Shown one piece after another: positions 48,647-56,333 of a stretch of DNA of 64,000 nucleotides; position 1 is the first letter of the stretch, and each line of letters starts with the position of its first letter. The notes below the pieces were generated by a model. It ran no database searches. It was not told the DNA's origin and worked only from the letters and a program-made list of their open reading frames with translations. The position numbers were made by a program, and so were the translations under genes. The DNA lies in the IMG/VR virus record IMGVR_UViG_3300009159_000038, positions 62,001 through 126,000 of that record; one strand, given 5' to 3'. This stretch comes from an uncultured virus (IMG/VR IMGVR_UViG_3300009159_000038) (lineage: Duplodnaviria > Heunggongvirae > Uroviricota > Caudoviricetes).

Positions 48647-49104
48647 TGGCACTTCCTAGTAGCGGTGCAATTGGATTAGATGCCATATATACAGAATTAA
48701 GTGGAGGTAATCAACGTCCACGTACAGGAATAAGTCTTAAATTTGCATCTATTGGAACTTATGTCGCAATTAATCCAAATAGTGGACATAAACCAAATGA
48801 AGTTGCTCCTTTTAGTATTAGCTCTTGGTATTCATACGATCAAACGGCTTCTGCCGCATATAGTTATACTTTTGGTGATGGACCATTTCCATTTCCTGGT
48901 AGAGCTTGTGCATTTGGTCCAGGTATTGGAACTCAAACGCTTTTCTCAGCAGATTCAGAAATAACTTTTGGAACCATCCTATATACGGATCAAGAATTAA
49001 CCTCTGCTTTTGCTGGAATGAGCCAATGGTGGTACCGTACCAATTATTCAGTTTATCAAATTGATAATGGAGGATCCGTCCAAGATATTTCAACCTGTGA
49101 TTAA
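48646..49104 (+). CDS. Small fibre/adhesin-like virion protein
   Basis: MALPSSGAI.L..I..EL N-terminus; C-terminal domain similar to that of 5169..6446. Confidence 0.55.
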   Translation: MALPSSGAIGLDAIYTELSGGNQRPRTGISLKFASIGTYVAINPNSGHKPNEVAPFSISSWYSYDQTASAAYSYTFGDGPFPFPGRACAFGPGIGTQTLFSADSEITFGTILYTDQELTSAFAGMSQWWYRTNYSVYQIDNGGSVQDISTCD

Positions 49105-49129
49105 TTCAATAAACTTAATTTTTTGTTTA

Positions 49130-49154
49130 AAAGAGATCATCAGGTGATCTCTTT
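49130..49154 (+). terminator. Hairpin, probable terminator
   Basis: AAAGAGATCA-TCAGG-TGATCTCTTT. Confidence 0.65.
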
Positions 49155-49257
49155 ATTCCCATGTGGTATTATATAAAAGAGATCTTAAAGTATCTTAGAT
49201 GATCTCTCGGATACTCCTCTATACAATAGAGAATCCTCTAGTTAATTAACACCAAAA

Positions 49258-49323
49258 TGTTAATAAGTTTTGAAAAATAATTGACTAAAAATTTTTTTAT
49301 TCCACTTATTTGTATTATATTTG
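49258..49323 (+). promoter_or_regulatory. Early-type promoter copy 1
   Basis: TGTTAATAA...TTTTTTATTCC-N12-TATATTTG. Confidence 0.75.
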
Positions 49324-49346
49324 TTATAACCAATTAATATAAACAT

Positions 49347-49541
49347 ATGAAATTAACTATCGATCTTAAATTCTTCGCTTACTTCGTAATTGCATTTCTC
49401 GTTTCCTTTTCAATCGTCTCAGGATTTGCACAAAGGTACATTCATTTTGCTGCCGTGGAAAACGAAATGGCTTGCTTCACACTTTCTTCTACTATGGCCG
49501 TAATTTGTTTATTTGCCTCTTTCGAACGAGTAAAAAAGTAA
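49347..49541 (+). CDS. Small membrane protein
   Basis: Two hydrophobic segments; directly downstream of the early promoter. Confidence 0.6.
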   Translation: MKLTIDLKFFAYFVIAFLVSFSIVSGFAQRYIHFAAVENEMACFTLSSTMAVICLFASFERVKK

Positions 49542-49579
49542 TTTGTCAATCATATAATTAAAACAATTCAAATCTTAAT

Positions 49580-50530
49580 ATGAAGGTATCAAATATGTTA
49601 TGGACCGAGAAATATCGTCCAAAGGTTCTAGAAGAACTTATTCTCCCTGAACGTGTCTTTGCCAAAGTTAAAAATGGCGTATATCAAAATCTACTTTTTT
49701 ATGGTGGTCCAGGCAGTGGAAAAACTTCTACGGCAAAAGTACTTGCCAAAGAACATCCAACAATGTATATCAATTGCTCATCAGAAACTGGTGTCGATGT
49801 GGTTCGCACAAAAATCACAGAATTCTGCTCGACTCTTTCTGTAATCGATGGTGAACGTAAAATGAAAGTGGTTATTCTCGACGAGTTCGATGGTGTATCT
49901 GATCAATATATGAAAGCTCTTCGTGGAACAATCGAACAATTTCATAAAACTGCTCGTTTTATTGCAACTTGTAATTACTTCAATAAGATTCCCGATAATA
50001 TTCAATCTCGATTCGAATGTATTAACTTCGACTTTTCCGACGAAGAATCTAAAGAAATCGAAAAGAAATATCTTCGTCGAGTATTTGATATTCTTAAGAC
50101 TGAAGGTATGGAAATCGAAAAAGATGCTTTACTTGAATTAGTTCGTCGTAAATTCCCAGATCTTCGTGCTACCATCTCGATTCTTCAAGGTTATAATGCC
50201 GAAGGAAGAAATAAAATTACATCCGAAGATGTGAAGAAATTTCATGGTGTATTCCGTGATCTTTACGAACACATATTCTCAACTAATGACGAAATCAAGA
50301 ATTATCAATTTCTCGTTTCCAATTACTCAAATCGAGTTGAAGATGTTATTCAAGCATTAGGAACTGAATTTATCGAATATATTCAACTCGAAAAACCTCA
50401 TCTAATGCGTAAAGTTGGTGAAATCTGTTTCGAAACAAATCGACACTCTTACGAACAACGTTTTGTAATTGATCCGGTAATTACCATGCTTTCTTTGGTT
50501 TATAAAATACAGGCAATCGTACGATCTTAA
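49580..50530 (+). CDS. 44: Clamp loader large subunit (gp44/RFC-like)
   Basis: LW.EKYRP, GGPGSGKTS, IN.S...G.D..R, ILDEFD, FIATCN, SRF, PDLR. Confidence 0.93.
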   Translation: MKVSNMLWTEKYRPKVLEELILPERVFAKVKNGVYQNLLFYGGPGSGKTSTAKVLAKEHPTMYINCSSETGVDVVRTKITEFCSTLSVIDGERKMKVVILDEFDGVSDQYMKALRGTIEQFHKTARFIATCNYFNKIPDNIQSRFECINFDFSDEESKEIEKKYLRRVFDILKTEGMEIEKDALLELVRRKFPDLRATISILQGYNAEGRNKITSEDVKKFHGVFRDLYEHIFSTNDEIKNYQFLVSNYSNRVEDVIQALGTEFIEYIQLEKPHLMRKVGEICFETNRHSYEQRFVIDPVITMLSLVYKIQAIVRS

Positions 50531-50565
50531 ATCACTAGATATATAAAGTAATAAAACATCAGAAT

Positions 50566-50964
50566 ATGAAACATATACAAAATTTTGAGGAATTCGTTAA
50601 CGAATCGATCATAAACGAAGGTAAATTCACTGACGTTTGGCCAACAATGCCTTACGGAGATTGGAAATCTGAATATGACATTCCAAATAGCATTCAAAAA
50701 GAGCTATACCTGGAACTTCAATCTAAATTAGGTTCTAAGTCAGTAAAGGTAAAAGAAGACATTGAAGACCGAGCAAAATCTCCAGTATTTAATGAATTTA
50801 TTACGATGCCAGAATGGAATATGTTTTATAATTGGACTAATCGTTCTGAATCTACTACCGTTGCTGCTTTTGAATTAAAAAATGGAGAAATTGCAGTTGC
50901 CGTATATCAAACGTATTCAAGGAGCGATCCAAAAACCACACAAATGTGGACTATTACTAAATAA
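50566..50964 (+). CDS. Putative internal head protein
   Basis: Leader MKHIQNFEEFVNESIINE; late motif at 50538. Confidence 0.65.
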   Translation: MKHIQNFEEFVNESIINEGKFTDVWPTMPYGDWKSEYDIPNSIQKELYLELQSKLGSKSVKVKEDIEDRAKSPVFNEFITMPEWNMFYNWTNRSESTTVAAFELKNGEIAVAVYQTYSRSDPKTTQMWTITK

Positions 50965-51030
50965 TCTCTCAACCGGCGAGTCACTTCTAAAGTAGACTCC
51001 ACTTTTAGGACCGGTATAGTTACGACTATA

Positions 51031-51065
51031 AAAACCAGGAATTCGCTACTCCTGGTTTTGTTTTT
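51031..51065 (+). terminator. Rho-independent terminator
   Basis: AAAACCAGGA/TCCTGGTTTT stem followed by a T run. Confidence 0.8.
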
Positions 51066-51072
51066 GATAAAT

Positions 51073-51128
51073 TGTTAATAACTTTCCTCATAAAGATTTT
51101 TTTATTCCCAAAAGATTTATTATATTTG
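51073..51128 (+). promoter_or_regulatory. Early-type promoter copy 2
   Basis: TGTTAATAA...TTTTTTATTCC-N12-TATATTTG. Confidence 0.75.
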
Positions 51129-51159
51129 TAATATATTAATCAATTAAAAAATCAAATCA

Positions 51160-51645
51160 ATGGCAACATTCTTTATCAATCGCTTCCCTATTTGTACAAT
51201 GGTTTACAAGGAAGCTGCAGAAATGCAAAATCACGAACCACAATTTGCAAAATCACTTGCAGTCGCTAGAGCAGTATTCTTTGCTGCCGCCAAGAAAGGA
51301 TTCACAAACAAAAATGGAAAACATTACAACGGTCTAAATTCTCCAGATTTAGATATGCCTGAAATTTACTCAATGAACTTCTCCGGTATCGACGCATTTT
51401 GTATGGAAACTCCTAATGGTACTCGATCATGTTTACTTGATGGTAAAGTATTTGAACCTGAAGCTTATGATAAAACCGAAGAAAAAATCATTTCTTTAGT
51501 AGGTGTCGATGGGTTACAAAAAATGCAAACTGAAATACGAACTAGATTAGAAAAACTTGGTGATAAAATCAATTCCACTAAGGTATTCGATGTATATGCA
51601 TCTATTCGCGATAAAGTACGTTCAATCGAATTTATAAATTCATAA
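51160..51645 (+). CDS. Hypothetical early protein
   Basis: Clean ORF after the early promoter. Confidence 0.65.
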   Translation: MATFFINRFPICTMVYKEAAEMQNHEPQFAKSLAVARAVFFAAAKKGFTNKNGKHYNGLNSPDLDMPEIYSMNFSGIDAFCMETPNGTRSCLLDGKVFEPEAYDKTEEKIISLVGVDGLQKMQTEIRTRLEKLGDKINSTKVFDVYASIRDKVRSIEFINS

Positions 51646-51648
51646 TCT

Positions 51649-52161
51649 ATGCTAGCATATCCTCCTAAACCTACAGCAATTCTTCCACATGAATCCAAGA
51701 TAGAGAATTACATAATTCAACCTAAATGGCGTGGATGGCGAATTGCAATACATAAAAATAAATCATGGACAAGGACTGGTAATTCAATTCCAGTCCAAAC
51801 TGATTATCCTGAAAAACCTTATGAATATCAACTAGATGGAGAAATCATTTCAACGGACAAAGAAGTAGAACATCGAGTTCGTGGTGCAATAAAAAGTGGT
51901 CGATATCAAATTCGTATATTTGACATATATCTACCAGAAAGACCTGATGCTACTATTGAGGAAAGACTTCAAGTTCTTAAATCGGATTTTGGAATTGAAG
52001 TAGAAACTCATAGTGCAAAAACCGGAAAGGATATTGAATCGCTCTTTAAGATGTTTACTGCTCGTGGAAATGAAGGTTTGGTAATGAAACTTAAGGGATC
52101 TAAATATCGAGCATCGCAAAGTGGAAATGAAATTGATAACAATTGGTCAAAAATCCGTTAA
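51649..52161 (+). CDS. Minimal ATP-dependent ligase (adenylation domain only)
   Basis: IQPKWRGWR (motif I variant), TRTG, LDGEI (III), IFDI (IIIa), EGLVMK (IV), WSKIR (V); no OB domain. Confidence 0.75.
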   Translation: MLAYPPKPTAILPHESKIENYIIQPKWRGWRIAIHKNKSWTRTGNSIPVQTDYPEKPYEYQLDGEIISTDKEVEHRVRGAIKSGRYQIRIFDIYLPERPDATIEERLQVLKSDFGIEVETHSAKTGKDIESLFKMFTARGNEGLVMKLKGSKYRASQSGNEIDNNWSKIR

Positions 52162-52280
52162 AAATCAAAGTACCGAGATATATAATTAACAAACTTTTAA
52201 AATGTTTGTATTCTGTGAAACTGGATAACTTTCCATCATATAATATAAACAAACGTTCTTTAAATTAACACAAACTTTAA

Positions 52281-52340
52281 CAAGTGGTAAGCGGTCGAGT
52301 TACTTCGTTATCAGAAAAACACTCACCCATCATTCCCTTG
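52281..52340 (+). ncRNA. Candidate Y-RNA-like small RNA 1
   Basis: CAAG-U-GG/CC-CUUG closing stem; GGU(C)GAGU/ACUCACC helix with bulged C; sits upstream of Ro60. Confidence 0.6.
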
Positions 52341-52349
52341 ATAAGATAT

Positions 52350-52523
52350 TTTGATAGTAGTTATGCGTAGAGTTACATCGTAATCCAACTTCGCAAGAAG
52401 TTATTATACAATTAATTCTATAAATGAAAACCAAAGATTGCGGTTCTTAATTGATCCACTATCACACGAATTTAAGCTTAGGCTTTTATTCAAAACCATC
52501 TCTACCCGGGATTCTCTATCAAA
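52350..52523 (+). ncRNA. Candidate Y-RNA-like small RNA 2 (paralogue of RNA 1 with a large internal insert)
   Basis: UUUGAUAG-U-AG/CU-CUAUCAAA stem; GUAGAG/CUCUAC helix; shares GAGUUAC.UCGU.AUC with RNA 1; internal AACUUC-GCAA-GAAGUU hairpin. Confidence 0.6.
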
Positions 52524-52532
52524 CATTTTTAC

Positions 52533-52564
52533 AAGGGATTTGCTTTCGAGCGAATCCCTTTTTT
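52533..52564 (+). terminator. Rho-independent terminator between the ncRNAs and Ro60
   Basis: AAGGGATTTGCT-TTCG-AGCGAATCCCTT followed by a T run. Confidence 0.88.
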
Positions 52565-52594
52565 ATTGAATTGAAATTAATATAAAATCGATAT

Positions 52595-54184
52595 ATGGCA
52601 CGTTACAATCAAAAACCGACAAATACAGTAGAAACTGTAACTAACCACCAAGGTGGAGTATCTGTAAAATTAGATCCTAAAATAGAGCTGGTAAGCATTC
52701 TAGCTAATGGATTCGATAATACCTATTACGAGAAATTGAGTGATCGAGAAATTCGATTTGCAGACTTAATTCAAGAAATCGCAAAGACCGATTTGGAATT
52801 CGTTGCAAAAGCTCTTGTATATACTCGTTCAGTAATGGGTCAACGATCAGTAACACATTTTGGATCCGTTGCTTTAGCATCCGAACTTTCAGGAAGTGAA
52901 ATCGCAAAAAGATTTTTCTCTAAACGAGATCGTAAAGAAAATCAAGGTGGTATTGTATATCGCATTGATGATATGCTCGAAATTATGGCTTGCTATCAAG
53001 CTCTTAATCCCGGTAAACCAATGCCTAACTCAATGAAAAAAGGTTTTCGAGATACTCTTGAATCATCCGATGCTTATGAGCTAGCTAAATATCAAGGTAA
53101 AGGAAGAACGGTTTCATTGGTTGACTTAATAAACCTAGTTCATCCAAAACCGAATATCAAAATGCAACCCATCTTTAAATCATTGATGGAAGGAACTCTT
53201 AAACAATTCAATACCGTTGAAGATAAGAATACCTCATCTGGTCAAGAAGTTGCAAAGAAAGTGAAAGAAGGAACCATCACTAAAGATGAAGCGGTGATCG
53301 AGCTAAAGGTTGCAAAGGAATCGAATTATCGTGAGCTAATCACAACGAAGAAAATTGGTTATCTTGCTCTTTTAAGAAATGTTCGCAATATTCTCTCGAA
53401 TTCAACCGAAGCAGATTTAATCGATTCAGTTTGTGAAATGTTAACTAACAAAGGTGCAATTCACAAATCTCTAGTATTTCCATATCAAATCGATTTAGCA
53501 ATGGAAATGATTATGGAAACCGGATCTTCTACTAGTCGCAATCGAGTTATTAAAGCTCTTAATGATGCATATGAGCTATCAATTCCTAATATGGCTGAAT
53601 TGGGAATGAGTGGTAGAACTGCAGTTGTACTTGATACATCTGGTTCTATGAATTCTCAAATTCGTTTAGCAAATAAAGCACACGGTTCTCAATCAGCACT
53701 TGATAAAGGCGGTTTAATCGCTGCAACTTTTGCTAAAGGTTTAAATGCCGATGTTTATGAATTCTCTAATACTTGTAAACGAGTAAATGTGAATCCATTA
53801 GATACCTCCAATACCATCAAAGAAAAGATTATTCGTCAAGGATCTCATGGTGGAACTGAATTTAATTCAATCTTCTCAACCCTAGAAAAAAATGGTGCAT
53901 ATGATCGAGTATTCATTATTTCCGATATGCAAGGAAGAGATGATATTATTAATGGTAATCAATGGTCATCCAAAGGAAAAAGTACATACTCAAATTACAT
54001 ATCTAAATTTGGTTCACCACATGTTTATACAATTGATCTTTGTAGTTATGGAACTACCATGTTCAAACCAAATAACAAAGTTTATCAGCTATTTGGATAT
54101 TCATCAGAAATGTATGAGTTAGCTAAACGAATGGAAATTGATCCTAAAGCTCTTATCAAAGCGATTGAAGCTATTGTAATCTAA
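52595..54184 (+). CDS. Ro60/Rsr-like TROVE-domain RNA-binding protein with C-terminal vWA domain
   Basis: TNHQGG, YYE, FVAKA.VY.R..MG.RS, R.DD..E, YELAKY...VSL.DL.NL.HPKP, YLALLRN.RN, FPYQ; vWA DTSGSM, GGT, ISDMQ. Confidence 0.9.
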   Translation: MARYNQKPTNTVETVTNHQGGVSVKLDPKIELVSILANGFDNTYYEKLSDREIRFADLIQEIAKTDLEFVAKALVYTRSVMGQRSVTHFGSVALASELSGSEIAKRFFSKRDRKENQGGIVYRIDDMLEIMACYQALNPGKPMPNSMKKGFRDTLESSDAYELAKYQGKGRTVSLVDLINLVHPKPNIKMQPIFKSLMEGTLKQFNTVEDKNTSSGQEVAKKVKEGTITKDEAVIELKVAKESNYRELITTKKIGYLALLRNVRNILSNSTEADLIDSVCEMLTNKGAIHKSLVFPYQIDLAMEMIMETGSSTSRNRVIKALNDAYELSIPNMAELGMSGRTAVVLDTSGSMNSQIRLANKAHGSQSALDKGGLIAATFAKGLNADVYEFSNTCKRVNVNPLDTSNTIKEKIIRQGSHGGTEFNSIFSTLEKNGAYDRVFIISDMQGRDDIINGNQWSSKGKSTYSNYISKFGSPHVYTIDLCSYGTTMFKPNNKVYQLFGYSSEMYELAKRMEIDPKALIKAIEAIVI

Positions 54185-54198
54185 TTTAATAACCTCAC

Positions 54199-54232
54199 AA
54201 AAGCTCGGATTCGCAAGTTTCCGAGCTTTTTT
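54199..54232 (+). terminator. Rho-independent terminator
   Basis: AAAAGCTCGGA/TCCGAGCTTTT stem followed by a T run. Confidence 0.85.
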
Positions 54233-54244
54233 AATTTGTACTCC

Positions 54245-54676
54245 ATGAAAAAAGAAATATACATACAAAATCGCAAAGCAAAATTTGATTATCATTTTAT
54301 AGAACAATATGAAGCCGGTATTGTATTATTTGGTACCGAAGTAAAGAGTATCAAAGCGGCTAAAGTGTCTTTAGTAGATTCATATTGTTTCTTTGATAAA
54401 GGTGAGTTATTTGTCAAATCAATGAATATAACTCCGGTTGACAAATCTTTCGTTCATGAACCAATGAGAATACGAAAACTTCTTCTACACAAAAAGGAAC
54501 TTCGTAAATTAGAAAAGGGACTTAATGATGGAATTACTATTATAGTAACTGCACTCAAATCCGTGAATGGAAAAATCAAATGTGGTATTGCATTAGCCAA
54601 AGGTAAGAAAGAATACGACAAACGAGAAACTATTAAGCAGAGAGAATCTGATCGATATGTTCGAGAAGAATGTTAA
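54245..54676 (+). CDS. smpB: SsrA(tmRNA)-binding protein SmpB
   Basis: NRKA.FDY...YEAGIVL.GTEVKSI, HEP.R.RKLLLHKKE, LAKGKK.YDKRE.IK.RE. Confidence 0.96.
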   Translation: MKKEIYIQNRKAKFDYHFIEQYEAGIVLFGTEVKSIKAAKVSLVDSYCFFDKGELFVKSMNITPVDKSFVHEPMRIRKLLLHKKELRKLEKGLNDGITIIVTALKSVNGKIKCGIALAKGKKEYDKRETIKQRESDRYVREEC

Positions 54677-54682
54677 TAAAGA

Positions 54683-54748
54683 TGTTAATAAGTTTTGAAT
54701 CTTTTCCTCAAATAAATTTTTTTATTCCACAAAAAAGTATTATATTTA
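54683..54748 (+). promoter_or_regulatory. Early-type promoter copy 3
   Basis: TGTTAATAA...TTTTTTATTCC-N12-TATATTTA. Confidence 0.7.
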
Positions 54749-54774
54749 TACTATAATTAATAATACAAATAACC

Positions 54775-55086
54775 ATGGAAAAACATAATCTTCTATTAAC
54801 CGATTTAGAAACACGAGTTCTTGAAAATCTAATCGACAATCTTTATGCAGAACCCGGGTTTTCCGATGTAGACGCAAAAGATATTTCTCGTTCAACTGGA
54901 ATTCCAACGAAATCCATTCGAGGTGTACTTTCATCACTCGTTAAAAAAGGAATCGTTCATCTAGAAGAAACCGATACATACGGTGCTTCTGAACAATTCG
55001 TTCTCATTTATTTAATGGATTCACATTACTATCTCCATCCACAATGGAAGGAAGAATACGATTCACAAAGATATGGTCAAATATAA
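54775..55086 (+). CDS. Winged helix-turn-helix DNA-binding protein
   Basis: LT.LE.RVL..L...AKDIS..TGIP..SIRGVLSSLVKKGIV. Confidence 0.75.
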   Translation: MEKHNLLLTDLETRVLENLIDNLYAEPGFSDVDAKDISRSTGIPTKSIRGVLSSLVKKGIVHLEETDTYGASEQFVLIYLMDSHYYLHPQWKEEYDSQRYGQI

Positions 55087-55098
55087 AAACAAAACATT

Positions 55099-55833
55099 AT
55101 GCCAAAATTATTTAAAGTAGGAGGTTGTGTAAGAGATTCCTTTCTAGGAATTGATTCAAAAGATATCGACTTTACATTTGTTCTCGATAACCTTGAACAA
55201 ACCGTCGAACATGGTTTTGCCGATATGGCAAAATGGATGAAAGATAAAGGATTTGTAATATTTCTATCAACTCCAGAAATGTTTACTATTCGAGCTAAAT
55301 TTCCGAAAGGAGATACAAACGAAGGTTTAGTCGCTGACTTCGTAATGGCTAGAAAAGAAATTGGTTATGTTGAAGGAACTAGACGTCCAATACTTGCATT
55401 AGGTACTTTGGAGGATGATCTTTTACGAAGAGATTTTACTCTTAATGCAATGGCTGTTGCAGAAGACGGAACGCTAATCGATCTATTCAACGGTAAAGAA
55501 GATCTTGAAAATGGTTTACTTAGAACTCCTCTTCCGGCTTCACAAACGATGATGGATGATCCATTAAGGTTCCTAAGAGCTTTAAGATTTTCCATCACTA
55601 AAGATTTTCAAATACATCCTTCTATATTTGTTGCTATGATGCAACCGGATATATTAGAAAAACTTAAACATGTAGTTTCTGCTGAAAGAATAAGAGATGA
55701 AGTTTACAAAATGATGAAAGCCGATACCATAAAAACTCTCGAGCTATTTGCAGTTGTAGAAGCCACTATACCTGGATTTATTGAATTAGTATTTAGTCGA
55801 GGTCTATGGTTAAAACCAACATTCGAATTATAA
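55099..55833 (+). CDS. Class II tRNA nucleotidyltransferase (CCA-adding / poly(A) polymerase family)
   Basis: VGGCVRD..LG...KDIDF, R.E..Y..G.R.P, DL.RRDFT.NAMA, DDPLR.LRA.RF, SAERI..E..K. Confidence 0.9.
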   Translation: MPKLFKVGGCVRDSFLGIDSKDIDFTFVLDNLEQTVEHGFADMAKWMKDKGFVIFLSTPEMFTIRAKFPKGDTNEGLVADFVMARKEIGYVEGTRRPILALGTLEDDLLRRDFTLNAMAVAEDGTLIDLFNGKEDLENGLLRTPLPASQTMMDDPLRFLRALRFSITKDFQIHPSIFVAMMQPDILEKLKHVVSAERIRDEVYKMMKADTIKTLELFAVVEATIPGFIELVFSRGLWLKPTFEL

Positions 55834-55874
55834 TGGCAATTCCATCATAAAATAATAAAATTAAAACAAAACAA

Positions 55875-56318
55875 ATGGCGCAAGCACAAAAGAAAAAACC
55901 GGTAAGCAAAACAAAAGAGCTAACGGATATAGAAATTGCAAAGAAGATGATTAATATACATCAAAGTGCAATGGATCGTAAAATCGAATTTAACCTATCA
56001 TTTGAATATGTTAAACGTATGTTAGGATTCAAAACCTGTTATTATACAGGAGTAACATTTACTGAAGATGGACCTAATGCAAGATCATTCGATCGAATAG
56101 ATTCCGATAAAGGTTATATTGAAGGTAACGTAGTTGCATGCACGATCGATATCAATGGAAAGAAAAGTAATTTAACCATTGATGAAATCGCTTGTCTTTA
56201 CAACAAATTAGTAAAGACTAAAAAGGAACCAATCCATAAAGCATTTGATGAAGATCATGCAACGGATATGGTTCTAAATTCGATGGTTGTTGATATCGCT
56301 GAAAATCTAAATTGTTAA
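55875..56318 (+). CDS. HNH-like (His-Me finger) nuclease-fold protein
   Basis: CYYTG...SFDRIDS.KGY..GNVVAC...N..K. Confidence 0.7.
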   Translation: MAQAQKKKPVSKTKELTDIEIAKKMINIHQSAMDRKIEFNLSFEYVKRMLGFKTCYYTGVTFTEDGPNARSFDRIDSDKGYIEGNVVACTIDINGKKSNLTIDEIACLYNKLVKTKKEPIHKAFDEDHATDMVLNSMVVDIAENLNC

Positions 56319-56333
56319 TAATTAACATAAACT

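Noticed and set aside
52425..52465. tRNA/tmRNA-like words (TGAAAACC..AGATTGCGGTTC..GATCCAC) inside RNA2
   Set aside because: No canonical T-loop, cloverleaf or CCA end could be drawn. Not called a tRNA or tmRNA, though a degenerate tRNA-like domain is not excluded.
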